Assembly (NCBI GenBank): GCA_039807745.1
Contig: JBDHRV010000003.1
Location: forward strand, 1-62,390
Length of the DNA: 62,390 nucleotides
Source of the DNA: Burkholderiales bacterium
GTDB taxonomy: Bacteria; Pseudomonadota; Gammaproteobacteria; Burkholderiales; JAEUMW01
Direction: 5' to 3'
Both the position numbers and the translations under genes were made by a program. The notes below the pieces were generated by a model. That model saw only the letters and a program-made list of their open reading frames with translations. It made no database searches and was not told the DNA's origin. How positions within the stretch are numbered: the stretch's first letter is position 1; the number at the start of each line of letters is the position of its first letter. Below are positions 59,800 through 62,390 of the stretch, piece after piece.

Positions 59800-61763
59800 T
59801 GCGCGGCACCCTCGAGATCCGCCACGGTCACCTGTTCTGCGGCATCGGCGGCGGCGCGAAGGGATTCAAGCGCGCATCGGCGCGCGTCGGTCACCTGGCC
59901 GCCCGCTTCCGCTGCATCGGCGGGATCGACGTCGACCCGTCGGCGATCCGTGACTTCGGTGCGGTTGCCGGCGTGCCCGGCACCGTGCTCGACCTGTTCT
60001 CGCGCGAACAGTACATCGACTTCCACGGTCACGAGCCGCCGGCGGGCTGGCGCGAAGCGGTGCCGGCCGACATCCATGCGGCATTCGGTCACGAGCGCCC
60101 GCACATCCTGTTCCTGTCGGCGCCGTGCAAGGGATTCTCCGGGCTCACCTCGGAAAGCCGCAGCCGCAGCGCGCGGTATCAGGCGCTCAATGCGCTCACC
60201 GAGCGGGCACTGTTGCTCGCGCTCGAGGCATACGCCGACGATCCGCCCGAGTTCATCCTGTTCGAGAACGTGCCGCGCATCCAGACGCGCGGCCGCGCGA
60301 TGCTCGATCGCATCGAGCAGATGCTCGGCGCCTACGGCTACGCTAGCGCGGAGACGACGCACGACTGCGGCGAGCTCGGCGGACTGGCGCAGTCGCGCAA
60401 GCGCTTCTTGATGGTCTGCCGCCACGTCGAGAAGGTGCCGCCGTTCCTGTACGAGCCACCGAAGCGGCCTCTCCGTGCGGTTGGCGACATCCTCGGCCGC
60501 ATGCCGCTGCCCGGCGACCTGGCCGCGGGGCCAATGCATCGCGTGCCCTCGCTGCAGTGGAAGACATGGGTGCGCCTCGCCTTCGTCGAGGCCGGCTCCG
60601 ACTGGCGCAGCCTGCGCAAGCTGGCCGTCGAGAACGGCTACCTGCGCGACTACGCGCTCGCGCCGGATGCCGCCTATCACCCCGGCGTCTATGGCGTTCA
60701 GCCGTGGGAGAAGCCCAGCGGCGTTATCACCAGCGAGGCGCGACCGTCGAACGGCAAGTTCAGCGTCGCCGACCCGCGCTTCGCGCAGAGCGCGCACTGG
60801 CACGACGGACAAGCCTACGGCGTGAAGCGGTGGGAGCAGCCGGCGGACACGATCACTGGCCAGAGCACGCCCGGACAGGGCCGCTTCTCGGTGGCTGATC
60901 CGCGCCCTCACAGCGGGCCACTGTTCAGCAAGTACGCGGTCACGCGGTGGGATGGCCGTACCGGCACGGTCATCAGCGGAGACGACACAGGCGCCTACGC
61001 GGTCTCCGATCCTCGCGTCGGCAACGGCGACGCCGGCCCGAAGTTCAACAACTGCTACCGCGTCGTGCCGCTCGATCAGCCCGCCCCATCGGTGACGGCC
61101 GGCACCGGCCCATCCGCCGGCGGACTGGCGGTTGCCGATCCGCGCTACGCTTGGCGCGACGCGCATGAGAGCAAGATGCGCGTCTCGCGATGGGATCAGC
61201 CATCACGCACTGTCACCAGTTCCGATCGTGTCGGCAGCGGGGCGCTCTCAGTGGCAGACCCACGCCCCGCCGGCATCAATCGCCAGAAGGGCGATCACTA
61301 CCTGACCGCTGGCTTCTACGGCGTCGTCCCGTGGGACCGATACGCCGGCACCGTCTCGGCGAGCATGTCGCACGACAACGGCTACGGCAGCGTCGCTGAT
61401 CCTCGGTGCCTGCCGGCGCCGGACGCGCGTCTCGTGGCCGTGATCCGCTCGCTCGACAACACCTGGCACCGGCCGTTCACGACGCTCGAGTTAGCGGCGC
61501 TGCAATCCCTGATCGACCCCGAAGACCTCTTCGCGCCGACCCCGTTCGTACTCGATGGTAGTTCGGACTCAATGTGGCGCGAGCACATCGGCAATATGGT
61601 GCCGCGCGATGCGGCGGCTGCCATCGGCAGCGAGATCGGCCGCACGCTACTGCTCGCGTGGAGCGGCGAGACGTTTGCGCTCGGCTCGACACCGATATGG
61701 GTGCGCCCGATTGCGATCGCCGCTGCGGTGGCAATTCCTCGAACCGAGAGGTCCGCAGCATGA
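59796..61763 (+). CDS. DNA (cytosine-5) methyltransferase with expanded repeat-containing variable region
   Basis: Motif I LFCGIGGG, IV SAPCKGFS, VI FENVP, VIII QSRKRF, IX TTLELAALQS, X IGNMVP. There are six SVADPR-type repeats between motifs VIII and IX. Confidence 0.85.
   Translation: MMRGTLEIRHGHLFCGIGGGAKGFKRASARVGHLAARFRCIGGIDVDPSAIRDFGAVAGVPGTVLDLFSREQYIDFHGHEPPAGWREAVPADIHAAFGHERPHILFLSAPCKGFSGLTSESRSRSARYQALNALTERALLLALEAYADDPPEFILFENVPRIQTRGRAMLDRIEQMLGAYGYASAETTHDCGELGGLAQSRKRFLMVCRHVEKVPPFLYEPPKRPLRAVGDILGRMPLPGDLAAGPMHRVPSLQWKTWVRLAFVEAGSDWRSLRKLAVENGYLRDYALAPDAAYHPGVYGVQPWEKPSGVITSEARPSNGKFSVADPRFAQSAHWHDGQAYGVKRWEQPADTITGQSTPGQGRFSVADPRPHSGPLFSKYAVTRWDGRTGTVISGDDTGAYAVSDPRVGNGDAGPKFNNCYRVVPLDQPAPSVTAGTGPSAGGLAVADPRYAWRDAHESKMRVSRWDQPSRTVTSSDRVGSGALSVADPRPAGINRQKGDHYLTAGFYGVVPWDRYAGTVSASMSHDNGYGSVADPRCLPAPDARLVAVIRSLDNTWHRPFTTLELAALQSLIDPEDLFAPTPFVLDGSSDSMWREHIGNMVPRDAAAAIGSEIGRTLLLAWSGETFALGSTPIWVRPIAIAAAVAIPRTERSAA
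60690..61406 (+). repeat. Six tandem ~40-47-aa repeats inside the C5-MTase (consensus Y.V..W..P..T[IV]T......G..SVADPR)
   Basis: The units end in FSVADPR, FSVADPR, YAVSDPR, LAVADPR, LSVADPR and GSVADPR. Confidence 0.85.
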
Positions 61764-62266
61764 CCCGAGGCTACGCAGCCATCGCGCTTGTGAATCCGAA
61801 GTCGCGGGAGAACGTCGGCGGCGCCCTACGCGCGGCGGGCTGCTACGACGCCTCGCTGGTAGTCATTGCTGGCACTCGACCGGAGCATTACATGGGACGC
61901 ATCGCTACCGACACACAGAAGGCGTATCGACATATCCCGACGCTGCGAGTCGATGATGTGTTCGACGCTTTGCCCTACGACTGCGTCCCGGTTGCAGTCG
62001 ATCTCGTGCCGCACGCGAAATGTCTGTTTGGCTTCACCCATCCCGAGCGCGCGTTCTACATCTTCGGCCCGGAAGATGGAACGCTCGGGAAGGATGTGAC
62101 CGACCGCTGCAAATATGCAGTCTCGGTCCCGACGCGGTACTGCATGAACCTGGCCGCGACGACGAACGTCGTGCTGTACGACCGCATGAGCAAACAAAGA
62201 ACCCTGGATTTTGCTTTATCGCCGCAGGCTGGCGACGGTGCGGACGCACGAAAGGCGGGCTTGTGA
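61760..62266 (+). CDS. SPOUT (SpoU/TrmH-type) RNA 2'-O-methyltransferase
   Basis: Motif 1 NVGGALRAAG, motif 2 YIFGPEDGTLG, motif 3 VSVPTRYCMNLAATTNVVLYD. ATGA overlap with the C5-MTase stop. Confidence 0.75.
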   Translation: MTRGYAAIALVNPKSRENVGGALRAAGCYDASLVVIAGTRPEHYMGRIATDTQKAYRHIPTLRVDDVFDALPYDCVPVAVDLVPHAKCLFGFTHPERAFYIFGPEDGTLGKDVTDRCKYAVSVPTRYCMNLAATTNVVLYDRMSKQRTLDFALSPQAGDGADARKAGL

Positions 62267-62390
62267 TTTTGGAACGAGCGCCACGACCCGCAGACGCCAC
62301 CACGCCCGACCTATTCGGCGGCGAGCCCGACAAGCCGCGCGGCAAGCACTACGTCGAGCCACGAGGCTATGCCGCGCCACCCGGCACTGG
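62263..62390 (+). CDS. Small Cys-rich zinc-ribbon-like protein, 5' part (continues across the junction into 1..243)
   Basis: GTG 62263 overlaps the SPOUT stop (GTGA). The frame is continuous with 1..243 once the overlap is collapsed, giving 97 aa with ETCGTC...KC...PAC. Confidence 0.6.
   Translation, partial: MILERAPRPADATTPDLFGGEPDKPRGKHYVEPRGYAAPPGT
62314..62390. repeat. Contig-end overlap, copy 2
   Basis: Exact 77-nt identity with 1-77. Confidence 0.95.

Larger units (their letters stand above)
1..62390. mobile_element. Complete circular temperate phage genome (62313 unique bp) with a podovirus-type virion module and lambdoid regulatory layout
   Basis: nt 1-77 are identical to nt 62314-62390 and an ORF reads through the junction. 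Immunity, replication, packaging, capsid, tail, lysis, recombination and integration modules are all present. Confidence 0.85.

Noticed and set aside
1-62390. Diversity-generating retroelement, retron or toxin-antitoxin style defence cassette
   Set aside because: I saw no reverse-transcriptase-like ORF and no template/variable repeat pair. I recognised no obvious toxin domains beyond the modules already listed.

Overview
The window is a complete, circularly closed, high-GC temperate phage genome. The first 77 nt are identical to the last 77 nt, which leaves 62313 unique bp. Two divergent transcription arms start at a lambda-like immunity switch at 52.66-53.79 kb. The minus-strand lytic arm runs cro-like, replication organiser with an internal ori-like repeat field, terS, portal, scaffold, capsid, tail and fibre genes, ejection-type proteins, a 4541-aa giant polyvalent protein, terL, and lysis genes. 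The plus-strand arm runs cI-like repressor, immunity-region cargo, a PL-like promoter, bet/exo recombination genes, a C5 DNA methyltransferase, a SPOUT RNA methyltransferase, many small genes, xis and int. This arm crosses the contig junction and meets the lytic arm at an attP built from the 3' part of a tRNA-Met(CAT). Genes are very tightly packed, and most junctions are ATGA or GTGA overlaps. The items most worth follow-up are: (1) the 13.6-kb ORF that fuses pyrophosphatase-like, N6-adenine MTase, Strawberry-notch-type helicase, RadC/JAB and HExxGH zincin-like modules with more than 2000 aa of unrecognised sequence; (2) a prolyl-4-hydroxylase-like 2OG oxygenase translationally coupled to two collagen-like fibre genes; (3) a C5-MTase with six tandem TRD-like repeats, coupled to a SPOUT methyltransferase; (4) a duplicated promoter-operator module forming OR/OL-like sites; (5) a (TCTGG)7 tract and CGTTACG iterons inside the replication gene; (6) a peptide deformylase and secreted FN3-like proteins inserted in the lysis cassette. 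No rRNA, complete tRNA, CRISPR array or reverse transcriptase was seen. All functional calls come from motif reading by eye, and no database search was run.
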